A stretch of DNA of 64,000 nucleotides, taken from assembly GCA_040768745.1 (NCBI GenBank), contig JAXGMI010000002.1:1-64000 (forward strand), in the 5' to 3' direction. Below are positions 48,363 through 59,746 of this stretch, piece by piece; the first letter of the stretch is position 1, and each line of letters starts with the position of its first letter. The position numbers and the translations under genes were made by a program. Below the pieces are notes generated by a model, which had not been told where the DNA came from, ran no database searches, and was given only the letters and a program-made list of their open reading frames with translations. Origin of the DNA: Desulfomicrobium sp. (lineage in GTDB: Bacteria; Desulfobacterota; Desulfovibrionia; Desulfovibrionales; Desulfomicrobiaceae).

Positions 48363-51300
48363 TGTTTGCGTTTGCTCCAGCTTTGCGGGGTATGGACGAT
48401 GTCCTCCACCTTGCGCCCGTCGGGCAGTTTCTTGATGCCGCGCCGGGTGAAACTCTGGATGATCTCCCGGCGTTCGTTGTCGCTTCTGGCCACGATGAAC
48501 TCGATGTTGTCCAGCAGCGTCACCGAGTATTTGAAGATGGTTTCGTTGCCATGGCGCTGCGAGAACCGCTTCCAGTCGTCGATGCTGGCTCCCCGGTTGC
48601 GCTGCACGTAGTCGTCAATCACCTTGCCGTAGGCGTCATGGTCATAGCTGATGGCGTCCATGCGCCGCAGCATCTGTTTCTTGAAATAGAGGGCCGGTGA
48701 GGCGTCGCTGGCCGGTTGCTTCTTGATCCGGGTGAAGAAATAGCTCGCGCCGCCGGTCTGCATGTCGGCCACCGGGGACATTCCGCCCGGAGCCACGCCC
48801 ATGCGCATCTTCTCGACCGTGCTGACCATGGCTCCGTTGTTCTCCATGATCAAGTCGATGAAGCCGGACATGCTCTCGCCGTTGGTCAGATCGTGGACCA
48901 GCGAATAGCCCTTCATCTGTTTTTCCAGGTCCTCCTCGGTGATGTCGAACCGGAACTGGTGCCGGTATCCGCCCTTGGCGTCGCGGTCCAGAAAGCCCGC
49001 CTGGTATTCGCCCAGCGGGTTGTATCCGGAAAGCTGGGTGATGTCCTGGACGCCCAGTTCCTTTTGCCAATAGCCGCGCAGGGCCTGGACCCGCTCGGTG
49101 GTGGTGGCGTTGCGGTCGTCGAGGGATTTCTGCAGCCGTTTGTAGTCGGCGCTCTTGTCGGTCTTGCGGATGTAGGCGAGCTTTTCGAGGTACATCTGCT
49201 CGGCGTTTTCCGCCGTGGCCACCCGGGTATCGATCCCAAGCTGTTCGAGCTTTTCCAGCATCGCCTCGACCCGTCCGGGGGTGGCGTCGCCGTCCAGGAT
49301 CATTTCCAGCTCGCCGCGCTGGGCATAGAGGTTGGTGTCCGACCAGGGGCGATAGCGGACCCGGGTGCCGTCCTCGAAGGTGACGGTGTACTGGTGCCCG
49401 TCCTGCATGCGGGAGTTGTGATTGAACAGCGTCCGGTTGTCGATGTCGTCGGCCTCGACGGTAATGGTGCCGGAACCGATCCTGCGCTTGGTGTGGGTCA
49501 CCTTGCCGCGTTCCACCTTGAACGGCGGTTTCTCCTTGGGTTTCTGCGCGTCGAGCTTGGGCAGGTACTGCTCGAATACGCCGTTGGTGGCCCGGTCCCA
49601 GTCGACGGACTCTTCGATCTCCTTGACCCATTTCAGATAATGGTCCGCCATCTCCTTGACCTTGGGGTCGGCGCTCTTTTGCAGGGTCTCCAGTTTCTTG
49701 CGCAGGCGCAGGGCCTTGTCGATCTTGGTCCGGTTGTACTTGCCGTCGCCCACGTGGAAATTGACGTTTTTGACGGCGTCCAGAATCGTCGGAAAGAAGC
49801 TGTCTTCGACCAGCGGTTGTCCCTTTTCCCCGGCCGCCGTCTGCACATACCTGCGCAGCACCTCGTCGATGCGGCGGTCGGTGTCCGGCCGGATCTTCAT
49901 CTTGACCACGGTGCGCTTCTTCCCCTTGAAGCTCTCGGTGAAGATCAGCGCGTTCTGGTCCTCCACGTCGCCGCTGTCGAAGGGCAGCGTCTTGCCCTGC
50001 CAGCCGAGTTTGCGGGCCTCCTCGACCAGGGTCTCCTCGGCGGAGGAGAGCAGCTTTTTCTTGCCGGTGGCGGCGCTCAGCTTGTCGAAACGGAAGCCCC
50101 GATCCCCCAGCACATCGGCGTAATAGCCCTCGAAGTCCCGCCGGAGATTGTGTTTCCGCTCCAGGGCCAGATCGTAGAAATGCCGCAGCCCGGCCGGGTC
50201 CTTGGCGAACCGTCCCTCGGCGTAGGGCCGCAGCAGATCGAGGTAATCCTCGTCGGCGATCTTTTCGACTTCCTGGATGTAGCGAAGGGTCGCGTTCGGA
50301 TCGACCCGTACCTTCCCTTCCTTGGCCGCCCGGAAGACCTTGTTGTAAAACGGCTCTTCCTCGCCGCAGACGCCGTTGGGGTGATAGTCGAGCGAGAGCT
50401 TGTCCTGGCCCAGAAACTTGAAGGCCTGGCCTTTGTCGATGCCGTAGACGCGACCGTCCCGGGCGCGGATGAACTGCTTGGAATGTCCGTCGTGGTTGGC
50501 GATCAGCCAGTCGACCACATGCTCGCGCTGGATCTGCTCCAGTTCGATGGTGGTCAGATCCTGGGGCAGGATGTTGCGAAAATCGAAGTCGTCCCGCAGA
50601 TCGGTACGCCATTTCTGGATGGAGCCGGTGCGGCCGTTCAACTGGATGGTGCGCACCTCGATGGAATGGGGGTCGATCAGGCGGCCGATCTTGTAGGCGG
50701 CTTCCTCTCCGAAGGCGATGAACTCATCGTCCTTGCGGCCAATGGGCTTGAACAGCCATTTGTCGCCGTTCTCATCGGTCCAGAACTCCTTTTCGTGTGC
50801 GCCGCCGACAGCGGCCTTGCCGGTTTTCTTGAATTTTGACGGCAGACCTTCTGCTGCCACGCGGTATCGACGGTGGCGAACTCCGCGCCTTTCTTGCCGA
50901 TCTTGGCCTCGGGCGGCTTGACCGGGCTCGGCTGTGGAGCCGGTTTCGGCGGCTCTTTCTTCGGCGTGGCGGGCTTGGCCGGTGCGGTTTTCTTCTTGCC
51001 GCCATGTTTTTCGGCCCAGGCGGCGTGCTTGGTGTCGATGCTGGCCTGAACCGCCTTGATTTTCGCGGGATCGGTCTCGGTGAAGAGCGTGGTCAGCTCG
51101 TCTTTGTTGGCCCACTGCCAATACTGGACCTTGGTCTCCTTGGCGAGCGTCTTGAGCTCCGTCGATTTCAGCTTGCCGACCTGATCCTGGAAGAGCTGTT
51201 TCTTGAGGGCGATTTCCTTGCTGTGGGCCGCCAGCAGATCCTGGGGTAGATCGGTGCCGCCGGAAACCGCCTGTTCCGCCTTGGCAATCGCGTCGAGGAA

Positions 51301-52944
51301 ATCCTTGTAGCCGGTCGGCGTGTCGGGAACGACCACGGCCTTGGCGGCGTCTTCGAGGGCCGTTTTCTGTTTCAGGATCAGCTTCTGCTTGGCCTCGTCG
51401 ACCGCCTTTTTCTTGACCGACTCGGCCATGTCGGCACCGGCCTTCTTCTGCAGCGCCTCGACGAGCTGCTGCTTGTTCTTGAGGATGCCGATGCCGTGCT
51501 TCTGTTTGGCCGCCGCGAGTTCCTTGCCCATCAGGCCGCTGTGATCCACGCCGGGCTCCAGCTTGTCGAGCAGCTCGATGGTCTCCTGTTTGGTCATGTT
51601 GAGGGAGATGCCGTTCTCCTTCGCCATCTCCTTGAGCTGCTGGGCGGTCATGCCCTCCAGCCCCTCGGCGGGAGGGATCTTCGCCATCTGGGCGGCGAGC
51701 AGCTTGGCCTGTTTGAGTTCCGCCTGCTTCAGTCCGAGCAGCTCGACCAGTTCTTCCTTGGTCCGCAGCAGGCCGATCTTGTGTTCCTTGAGCTTGGCGC
51801 TGAGCGCCGCTCCGGCCAGGTCGCCGTGATCGATCCCCGGTTCGGCCAGATCGAGCAGCTTGATGAAATCGGCCTTGGTCCGGGCAATGGCCACGCCGTT
51901 CTGTTTCGCCAGGGTCTGGAGCTGTTTGACCGTCAGCGAGCCGAGGTCGGCGATGTCGCCGTTTTCAAAGGCGCTCTTGAGCTTGGCGTTCTCCTTGGCC
52001 TGGGCGTCGGCCATGCCTTCCAGCATGGGGCGGGAGAATGCAGGCGTCCCCTGCGATGCCTGGGCGGCGGCCTTGGCGGCCATCTCGCTGCCGCAGACGG
52101 TCATCGGCCAGGCCACGATGTTGGTGCAGCGGCAGTGCGGATGCGCGGGTTGCTGGGGGAACTTGTCGATGGGAAAGGTCTTGCCGTCCAGGCCGCCGCA
52201 GACCGGGCACATGCGCTCGTCCTCCATGGCCAGCCATTCCAGCTTCTGGATGCCGACCCGCTCGTGGAACTTGAGCCTGCCCATGTTGTGGGCGCGGAGG
52301 ACCTCGGTGCGGGCGATCATCTCCATGCGGTACTGCGCCTTGCTGAACACCCGGCTTCCGGCCTGGCGAAAGGAGTCCTTGTCGACGATCACCTTGCCCA
52401 TGTCCCGGACGATGTCGTCGGCTCCCTTGCCCGTGGCGACGCCGTTCAGGATGGTGCGCTTGATGCCGTCTGCGAGTTCGCGGTGGACGTCACCGGCGAG
52501 CGTGAGGTTGTACTGCGCCATGAAGTCGAGGGCATTGGTGTCGACGATGGTGAACACCTTGGTGGCCAGCTTGTCGATGCCTTCGGGCTTGAGGTCGGCG
52601 TAGAACGGCAGCGCCGCGTCGGCGAGCTCTCCGATTCCCTGCTGGATGCCGAGCTTGAAGGAGTCCTTGGTCGTCTTGCGAAAGACCAGGGTCTGCTCCC
52701 GCTTGAGCCGCTTCATGGTGTCGTCGAGTTCGAGCTGGAGCTTTTCCAGCCCCTTGAGGGCGGCGAGCTTGTTGTCCGGCAGGGAGCCGAGGGAGCGGTA
52801 CTGGAGGATGGCGCGGGCGACCTCGTCTTCGGCCTGTTTCAGCGCCTGGGTGAGCTGGGCCGTGACCTGGTCGTTGTAGCGGTTGCGGGCCGTCAGGCTT
52901 TTCAGGGTGGCCGCCTGGATGCGCTGCTTGAGGTCCGACGGCAT
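48359..52944 (-). CDS. MuF-family minor head protein with long polyvalent C-terminus (about 1500 aa, frameshifted)
   Basis: IARTE...DERMCPVCGGLDG...PAHPHCRC (MuF), repeated LTVKQLQTLAK-type helical motifs, and kinase-like WLFKP / DWLIANHDGH / GIDKG. Confidence 0.75.
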
Positions 52945-54452
52945 CAGCGGGGCTCCCGGCGGTCGATGAAACGACAGGCCGGGGCGTCGAAGGTGCGCTC
53001 GCTGTTGTGGACCCGGCAGTGGTTGGTGTCAGCAATGAAGTGGCTGCACTCGTCGCACACGGCAGCATCGCCGGTGGACTCCAGGTCGCCCGACCAGACC
53101 AATGCCGCCTCCGCCGTGGGTTCATCGTCCTCGGCCGGAATCCCGAGCATCTTCCGGGCGCGAGGCACGCTGAGGATGCCGGAGACGACCATATCCACCA
53201 CCGGCTTCACCTGCTTCTCGTCCATCAGGTCGATCTGCTTGCGTTCGGTCTCGCGGTTGGCGGCCTCGATGTCCGGGTCCAGGTCCATCTTGAGCTGAAG
53301 GCTGGAGCGGCTGATGAGCTTGCGGTCGTAGAGTTCGATGAGGAGCTTCTTGAAATCGACCGCGTCGCTGGGGTCGAGGTCGTTGAAGATGAACTGGATG
53401 CTCTTGTCGCCGTGGCCGTTCAGCTCCATCCAGTCGTCGAACACCCAGTCGAGGAGCTTGCGTGCGGCCTGTTTGATCTCGCGGATCATGACCATCATCT
53501 TCTGCATGCTCACCGAGGCGGTGGCGAAATTCGGGCCGTCGCCGGTCACCAGCGAGCGTGACAGACCCAGGGCCACCACGATGTCTTCCTTCACCTCCTT
53601 GACCTTGTCCTCGACGTTGAGGACCTGGCCGTCGGTGCCGTGGGTTTCGACATTGACGTAGAACGGGACCACCAGGCCGCTTTTCATGTCCATCTTGTTG
53701 ACCATGTCGCGGACCTGTTCGAGCATCCGCTGGTCCGGCATCACCATCTTCTGGCCGAACGCGCCGCCCACCTTGAGCAGGCGGAACGGCGTGGCCCAGC
53801 GCTTGGCGATGGCCTGTTCGGCCCGGCGGTAGTCGCGCAGCAGTTCGATGGCTTGAAAGGCGGGAAGCACGAGGGAGTTGCCCCGGGGCGAGAAGGCCGG
53901 TGCGTCCCATTTGAGGTGGACCACCTGTTCGACGGGCAGCGGGATGGATTCCCCGCCGCCGGGGGTGTCCTCGGGAAATTGCCGGGCCTCGATCAGCTCG
54001 CCCTGGGCGTATTTGACCTTGACCGAAACCGGGTTGACGCAGACCAGCTCCTCGATGTCCTGGCCGGACTTGGTGAAGCGCTTGAAGCCGATGGCGTCGC
54101 CTTTCACCAGGAGCTGAAGAACCATGTCCTTGATGAACTGCGAGATGTTCAGCCGCCAGGCGGCCTCCAGAGCCTGCTCCTTGAGGGTCTCGTCATCGCT
54201 GGTGATCTTGATCTCGTCGCCCACGGCGAAGGTGCGCCAGGAGTTGACGCAGTTCTTCACCAGCGGCTCCTCGACGTAGTATTCCCAGGCCTTGCGGGCG
54301 CGTTCTTCCCAGGTGGCCGGAATCGCTTCGGCGGCGTTGACCTTGCTGAAGGCGGCCGAGTCGAGCGCGGCCGCTGCGGCCAGCGGCGCGATGACAAAGC
54401 CGGTGGTGTCCAGGCTTTCGGGTTGTTCGTCCTGATGGGCGGTGCTTTCCAC
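52944..54452 (-). CDS. Portal protein
   Basis: EPLVKNCV, LLVKGDA, VVHLKW...PRGNSL, IVVALGL. Located between terminase and MuF. Confidence 0.8.
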   Translation of the reverse strand: MESTAHQDEQPESLDTTGFVIAPLAAAAALDSAAFSKVNAAEAIPATWEERARKAWEYYVEEPLVKNCVNSWRTFAVGDEIKITSDDETLKEQALEAAWRLNISQFIKDMVLQLLVKGDAIGFKRFTKSGQDIEELVCVNPVSVKVKYAQGELIEARQFPEDTPGGGESIPLPVEQVVHLKWDAPAFSPRGNSLVLPAFQAIELLRDYRRAEQAIAKRWATPFRLLKVGGAFGQKMVMPDQRMLEQVRDMVNKMDMKSGLVVPFYVNVETHGTDGQVLNVEDKVKEVKEDIVVALGLSRSLVTGDGPNFATASVSMQKMMVMIREIKQAARKLLDWVFDDWMELNGHGDKSIQFIFNDLDPSDAVDFKKLLIELYDRKLISRSSLQLKMDLDPDIEAANRETERKQIDLMDEKQVKPVVDMVVSGILSVPRARKMLGIPAEDDEPTAEAALVWSGDLESTGDAAVCDECSHFIADTNHCRVHNSERTFDAPACRFIDRREPR

Positions 54453-54526
54453 GTGATCCTCTCGGTAGTTTCGGCCATGACAGCCGCACATCCGGCCCGT
54501 GTGGGCCGAACCCGGCTCGATGCCGG

Positions 54527-54558
54527 TTACTTACCGGAGCGGGGTGGAAAGCGTCGGA
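54527..54558 (-). promoter_or_regulatory. Late-promoter-like motif copy
   Basis: ttacttaccgga-N13-cgtcgga upstream of portal. Confidence 0.65.
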
Positions 54559-54566
54559 GGATGCGA

Positions 54567-56087
54567 TCAGATGAAGACCGGATTGGTGAGCACCGGCTTG
54601 AGCGAGACCACCTCTTCGCCGACCGGGTCGAGGTTGCCTTCTTCCCGGATCAGCATGGCGCAGCGCACCGCGTCGATGATGTGGTCGTTGCCCTTGGAAT
54701 AGATGATCTTGCCGTCCCGCAGGGTGTAGGTGTGGGTGGTGAACTGGTCTTCCACCTCCAGGTCGTCCGAGGGGAAATGACCTGCTTGCGCTGTAGGGCT
54801 CCGTTGATGAGGCTGGTCATCAGCTCCTTGGTCCGCTTCTTGATTTCCTTGCCGTCCCGCACCGCCAGCCGGGTCATGCCGCCGAAGTCGTATCCCTTGA
54901 GCCTGCCTTCCAGCTCCAGCCCTTGTACTTGTCCAGGGTGAGCAGCTCCTGAACCACGGCCAGACCGTTGCCGCCGTTGTCCACGCCGATGCCCGCCGGG
55001 GTGTAGTAACGCTCCAGCAGCGCGATGATCTGGGCGATGTGCGGATAGGAAACGTGTTCGAGATGCACGCGCAGGATCATCTTCAGCAGCGTCCGCTCGC
55101 CGATCTCCATCTCCTGGAATACGACGATCTCGGTGGGGTCGTTGGTGTAGCCCAGGTCGCCGCCGACCCAGAACTGCCCGCTGCGGGGCGTGAGGTTGAG
55201 CAGCATCTCCAGCCGGTCGTGGGCCGCTTCCTCGGTGTCGCAGTCGCGCAGCTCGGAATCGGTGATGACGATCTTCTGGTACTCCAGCAGATCCTGCCGA
55301 CAGAGGTTGAACTGCTCGACATTGAAGGCCCCATAGGAGGGCTTGCCGTGTTCACCGGCCACCTCGTGCTGCCAGCCGGAGCTGTCGCGGCCGCCGTAGA
55401 ACTCCAGCAGTTCGGCCTCGCGATCCTCGGTCCACAGGGGATTGAGCCAGGACGGCCAGCGGAACACATGGAACTGATCCGACGAGGTGAGCCGGTAATA
55501 GGTGGTGTCGCGCAGGCCGTTGGGCGTGGAGTAGATGCGTAGCGTCCCCCGGCCTTGAGGCACTGGCGCAGCGCCTTCCAGGCCCGTTCGGTCAGCCAGG
55601 CTCCTTCATCGACCCAGACGCGGCCCACGTGCAGGGACCGGAAGGCGTCGCCATAGGCCCCGGCCGGGCGGAAATAGAGCACCGAACCGTTGGTGAACTC
55701 CAGCCGGAAGTAGGGTTTGCGGTGGATCTTGGGCTTGCCGTACTTGGTCAGGGCGATGCTGTTCATCAGATCCGGGTTGGTGTCGAGCTGGAACTCGATC
55801 TCCTCGATGATGGTATCGAGGTGCCCCTGGTGCGGAGCCGCGATGAGGCCCTGGCCGCCTCGGGTGGTGAAGGCGTAATGGAGCGCGTCGGTCGAGAGCA
55901 CGATGGACTTGCCCACGTCCCGGCCGTCGAGGTGGATGATGTTCTTGGCCGGGCAGCGCAGGTCCTCCACCTGGTGCGGCCAGTAGTCGCGGCCTGAGCC
56001 ATCCCGGTTGTAGAGGTAGGCTTGCCCCCACAACACGGGATCGCTCAGGGTCGCCGCGAGTTTGCGCTCCTTGTCGGTTACCGCCAT
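54567..56087 (-). CDS. terL: Terminase large subunit (frameshifted)
   Basis: GRDVGKS, VWVDEGA, YSTPNG, GGDLGYTNDPT, NDHIIDAVRC. Confidence 0.88.
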
Positions 56088-56365
56088 CAGTGCATTCCCG
56101 TCCTCAAGGCGTTGCCGAGGATGGTGCCCACCAGTTCCGTCAGGATCTGCTGCACGGCCAGGGTGTTCTTCCGGTCGTGGACAGCTTCCTGAATGTCGAT
56201 GATGGCCTGGTCCAACTCCGCCCAGGCCCGGTACTGCTGCTGGGCCGCTTCCAGACGGCCGAGGGCGTTCTCGATCCGTCCCGCCGCCAGCTCGGTGCCG
56301 ATTTCGACCAGGGCCTCACCGGCCTGGCGAACGGCATCGCTGTTTTCCTGAAGGATCTCTTTCAT
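56087..56365 (-). CDS. Hypothetical protein
   Basis: Helical ORF abutting terL. Confidence 0.5.
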   Translation of the reverse strand: MKEILQENSDAVRQAGEALVEIGTELAAGRIENALGRLEAAQQQYRAWAELDQAIIDIQEAVHDRKNTLAVQQILTELVGTILGNALRTGMH

Positions 56366-56634
56366 TGGCCTGCCTCCTGGTTCGCGCCGTTGGCCCACTG
56401 GTCAAGGGCGTCCACGGCGGTCTGCAGGCGCAGGCCGACTCCGGTCAGGCGCTCGGCGTCCGGGTGGCCGACCTCGCGCAGCGCCTTGTTGGCCTCGGTC
56501 ACGTACTCGGGCGTGTGGCGGTTGACGGTGGCCACCGCCGACTGGATCTGGGCCGGAGGCCGGTAGGTGGCGCAGCCGGTCATGATCCCGGCCAGGGCCA
56601 GCGGGATGGTCCATTCGAGGGTCTTCTTCAACAT
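56362..56634 (-). CDS. Putative lipoprotein
   Basis: MLKKTLEWTIPLALAGIMTG-C signal peptide with lipobox-like Cys. Confidence 0.55.
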   Translation of the reverse strand: MLKKTLEWTIPLALAGIMTGCATYRPPAQIQSAVATVNRHTPEYVTEANKALREVGHPDAERLTGVGLRLQTAVDALDQWANGANQEAGQ

Positions 56635-56774
56635 GTTGATCTCCTTTGGGTTATGGGTTTGGGGCACATGCAGAAAGATCTCTGCAAACACTTGATTTCC
56701 AACGAAATAGAAGCGTCATTGGATGTGACGCGGGATGGTCCCGCATCCACGAAAACCGGAACCGGAGGCAGGCC

Positions 56775-56969
56775 ATGACCTACGACAGAAACCGCCAGCA
56801 GGCACTCAAGGCGTACCGAGAAAAGCAGGAGAACATCACCCGGCTGATCGAGGGCATTCGCGGCAAGCTCGAAGCGGACGCGAAGCAGCCGGACATCACC
56901 TGGGCGAGCGTCGGCTCCCTCGGCCACGTCGAGGAACTGCTGCGGGAGCTGGACGAGTTCCTGTCCTGA
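56775..56969 (+). CDS. Small hypothetical protein
   Basis: GGAGG SD; MTYDRNRQQAL...WASVGSLGHV. Confidence 0.6.
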   Translation: MTYDRNRQQALKAYREKQENITRLIEGIRGKLEADAKQPDITWASVGSLGHVEELLRELDEFLS

Positions 56970-57002
56970 ACACACCGGGCCACCGACAAAGGAGACATCG
57001 AC

Positions 57003-57377
57003 ATGACCGAATGCACCGTGCATCAAGCCGCCGAGGCTTTCATCGGCCACCTGCGGGAATCCGGAAAGAAAGAGCGGACCCTCTACACCTACCGGAAGGA
57101 CCTCGACGTGGTTGAGGCCTTCTTCGGCGCGGATCGCCAGCTCGCCGAGATCCGGCTTCCCCAGGTCGGCAAGTTCTACAAGTCCGACCTGCTGCTCAAA
57201 CTCCCCGACGGCAAGGAGCGGGCCGAACGCACCGTCGCCAAGACCGTCCGGGTGTTCCGCATGATGATGGTCTGGGCCAGGGAGTCGGGGCGCATCGAGA
57301 GCTGCCGCCTGCCCAAGAGCACACCCATGGGCCACAGCCGGGTGAAGGAGTCCAGCGATGAGCAACCGAACGGCTGA
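57003..57377 (+). CDS. Stand-alone integrase N-terminal SAM-like (core-binding) domain protein
   Basis: AAEAFIGHLRESGKKERTLYTYRKDL...RTVAKTVRVFR. Confidence 0.65.
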   Translation: MTECTVHQAAEAFIGHLRESGKKERTLYTYRKDLDVVEAFFGADRQLAEIRLPQVGKFYKSDLLLKLPDGKERAERTVAKTVRVFRMMMVWARESGRIESCRLPKSTPMGHSRVKESSDEQPNG

Positions 57378-58272
57378 CCTCGACCTGACGGGCGCGACAG
57401 AGGCGTTCTGTGCCCGCCTGTCGGCCGAAGGACGCTCCCCCGGCGACCATAGCCGCATACCGCCGGGACCTCGCCCTGGTGGCCCGCGTGGCCGGGGAGC
57501 TGGCCCCGGGCATCGTCTGCCGGGCGGTCACGGCCGGGCTCCTCGACCAGGTGTTCTCCGCCGGGGCGGTCACCGAGAGTGAGCGAGGCCCACGCTCGGC
57601 GGCCTCGCTCCATCGGATGAAGGCGGCGGTGCGGGCCTTTTTCGCCTGGGCCGCCGAGGCGGGCGTGGTCGATGACAATCCGGCCCGGTCCATCCGCATG
57701 CATCGGCTGCCGAGAAAGCTGCCGGTGTTCCTGACCGCCGCCGAAAAGAAACGTCTGCTCAAGGAGCTCAAGGGACGGACCGACTTCTCCGCGCTGCGCG
57801 ACCGCGCCATGATCGAGGTGCTGCTGGGCACCGGGATCAGGCTTGGCGAGCTGGCCGCGCTCGACATGGATGACATCGACCTCGACGCCAAGCATCTGCG
57901 GGTGCGGGCCAAGGGGAATGTGCCGCAGGTCAAGTTCATCAAGACCGACCTCCGCACATTGCTCGCCGTTACCTGGCCGAGCGCCGTCGACACGGCCGCC
58001 CGGAAATGGAAGCCCTGTTCCTGTCGAACCGGGACGGCAGACTCTGCCAGCGACAGATAGCCAACCGGCTCGCCCACTGGCTGCGGAAGGCCGGGATCGA
58101 AAAGGAACTGACGCCGCACGGGCTGCGGCATACCTTCGCCACCCACCTCTACGGCGCGACCAACGACCTACTCGTGGTGCAGCGGGCCTTGGGGCATCGG
58201 GACGTGTCCACCACCCAGATCTACACCCACCTCGTGGACGGCCAGCTCGAGGAAGCCCTCGAACGCCTCTGA
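57358..58272 (+). CDS. XerC/D-like tyrosine recombinase (frameshifted)
   Basis: TIAAYRRDL, DNPA, RDRA...LGTGIRLGEL, TPHGLRHTFATHL, LGH...TTQIYTH. Confidence 0.88.
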
Positions 58273-58292
58273 TCCTTCCGGACCCGACGATG

Positions 58293-58318
58293 GGAGCGGC
58301 CTCGGCTGCTCCTGTTTT
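58293..58318 (+). terminator. Probable intrinsic terminator after the recombinase
   Basis: ggagcggc-ctcg-gctgctcc-tgtttt. Confidence 0.55.
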
Positions 58319-58473
58319 CGTTGGGGAAGACAGTATCGAAGACAGTGAATGAAAGTGCCCGCAGAAGAACACATCCGCCGATGATGAATGATCATGACGA
58401 TGGTTCTCGGCCTCCCAGGCGGAGCGGGAAATATCGATTGACCGGAATTTCTCCTTTTCTGTCTGTCGGCCGC

Positions 58474-58704
58474 ACATGGCTATAACTGCTTGGCTTGTGC
58501 GCTCCGGGCGCGGAACACACATGGCAATATCTGCTTGGCATATGCGAGGACCGCTGGCGAAGGAATGGCTGCTTGCGGGGCCTGGCCGGTTCTGCCTGGG
58601 GCTCGACATGCCCATATTTACTTGGGTTGTGTGAGAGAGCTCCGGCGTGAACATGCCAATATCTACTTGGGTTATGCGGCTCGGCTTATGCGCACACATG
58701 CCAA
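58474..58704. repeat. Array of 25-bp imperfect palindromes with 45-bp period
   Basis: ACATGSCHA-N7-TTGGSWTRT at 58474, 58519, 58606 and 58651, plus a half site at 58696. Confidence 0.8.
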
Positions 58705-58872
58705 GCGGATATCGAGAGCTGCAGGAAGAAATCGAGGAGTGGAAATGATGATCGGCGGCCGGAAAATACCGATTCCGAAAGTGCAAGGAACACGTCTTAT
58801 CCGCAATTCCTGGTGTAGCTGTCTGCCGCAAGTCGCCGTGTGCCGGGGTCATCGGAAAAGCCCTCCATGGTG

Positions 58873-59373
58873 TTATCCGCAATTCTTTCCGCGTTTCTTG
58901 CGGCCGGAGGTTTTCGTTGCCGGGGCGTTGGCGGCCTCGGCCACCTTCTCGAGCAGCGCCGCCGCCCATTCCGCCGGAGAGGTCTGCGGGCCTTTCGGCT
59001 CCTCACCCTCGCGGGCGATCTTGGTGGTCTTGAGATCCTTCATGTGGCAGCGGATCATCCGGTCGAGTTTTTCGGCGGCGTCCGTGTTCCCCTCGATCTG
59101 GGCGCGGACCAGCTTCACCGAGTAGACGCCCACCAGCTCCACCTGCAGGAAGTCGCTGGACTTGTTGAACTCGAAGTCCTGGTTGAGGCGGTCGATGATC
59201 GCGTCGAACATGACCTTCTCTTCCGGCGTCAGGCAGCGGTCGGCGAAGATGCCGTGACGCAGCCGGTTCTGGTTGCCCTCGGGCGCACCAGGCCCGCGCC
59301 GGGGCGGTTCGGTCTTGCCCTCGTTGCGGTGCCAGCGGTCCAGCGTCTCTTTGTCCGGTTTGTTCAGTGCCAC
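58873..59373 (-). CDS. Probable terminase small subunit
   Basis: GAPEGNQNRLRHGIF motif, upstream of terL. Confidence 0.65.
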   Translation of the reverse strand: MALNKPDKETLDRWHRNEGKTEPPRRGPGAPEGNQNRLRHGIFADRCLTPEEKVMFDAIIDRLNQDFEFNKSSDFLQVELVGVYSVKLVRAQIEGNTDAAEKLDRMIRCHMKDLKTTKIAREGEEPKGPQTSPAEWAAALLEKVAEAANAPATKTSGRKKRGKNCG

Positions 59374-59464
59374 GTGGAAATCCTGCCGAATATTGTTTTC
59401 CCAAGCCGGGATGCGGGGCGGGAGGCCGATTTAGCCTCCAAACGCGCTCCCGCCGGTTCAGGGG

Positions 59465-59496
59465 TTACTTACCGGAAGCGACGGCCAACTGTCGGT
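59465..59496 (-). promoter_or_regulatory. Late-promoter-like motif copy
   Basis: ttacttaccgga-N13-tgtcggt upstream of terS, overlapping the stop of the preceding gene. Confidence 0.65.
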
Positions 59497-59743
59497 CCCG
59501 ATCCTGTTTTCGTTCGGCGGCGATGATCTGGTTGACCCGGCGGGTGGTCACACCGGCGAGGTTGGAGATCTCCTGGCTGCTGATCCCCTGCAGATGAAGG
59601 GCAAGCACCAGGTCGCGGCGCTCCTGGTAAAACCGGCTCGGTGCCGGAACCCAGAGAATCCCGGTGTAGTGCTTCTGGATTTGCTCGAAGAGTTCCTCGG
59701 GCAGGACATCCTTGGCGTTGGCGTAGCGTTTCTTTTTCTTCAC
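59465..59743 (-). CDS. Mor/CD3324-like HTH transcription regulator
   Basis: YANAKDVLPEELFEQIQKHY.G.LWVP...GISSQEISNLAGVTTRRVNQII. Confidence 0.65.
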   Translation of the reverse strand: MKKKKRYANAKDVLPEELFEQIQKHYTGILWVPAPSRFYQERRDLVLALHLQGISSQEISNLAGVTTRRVNQIIAAERKQDRDRQLAVASGK

Positions 59744-59746
59744 GGT

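Noticed and set aside
58474..58704. CRISPR array
   Set aside because: Repeats are degenerate, linkers are only about 20 nt, and there are no cas genes. It fits recombinase-type sites better.
57176..58969. 597-aa - strand ORF over the recombinase
   Set aside because: It is antisense to a clear tyrosine recombinase, with low-complexity Arg/Gly/Pro composition.
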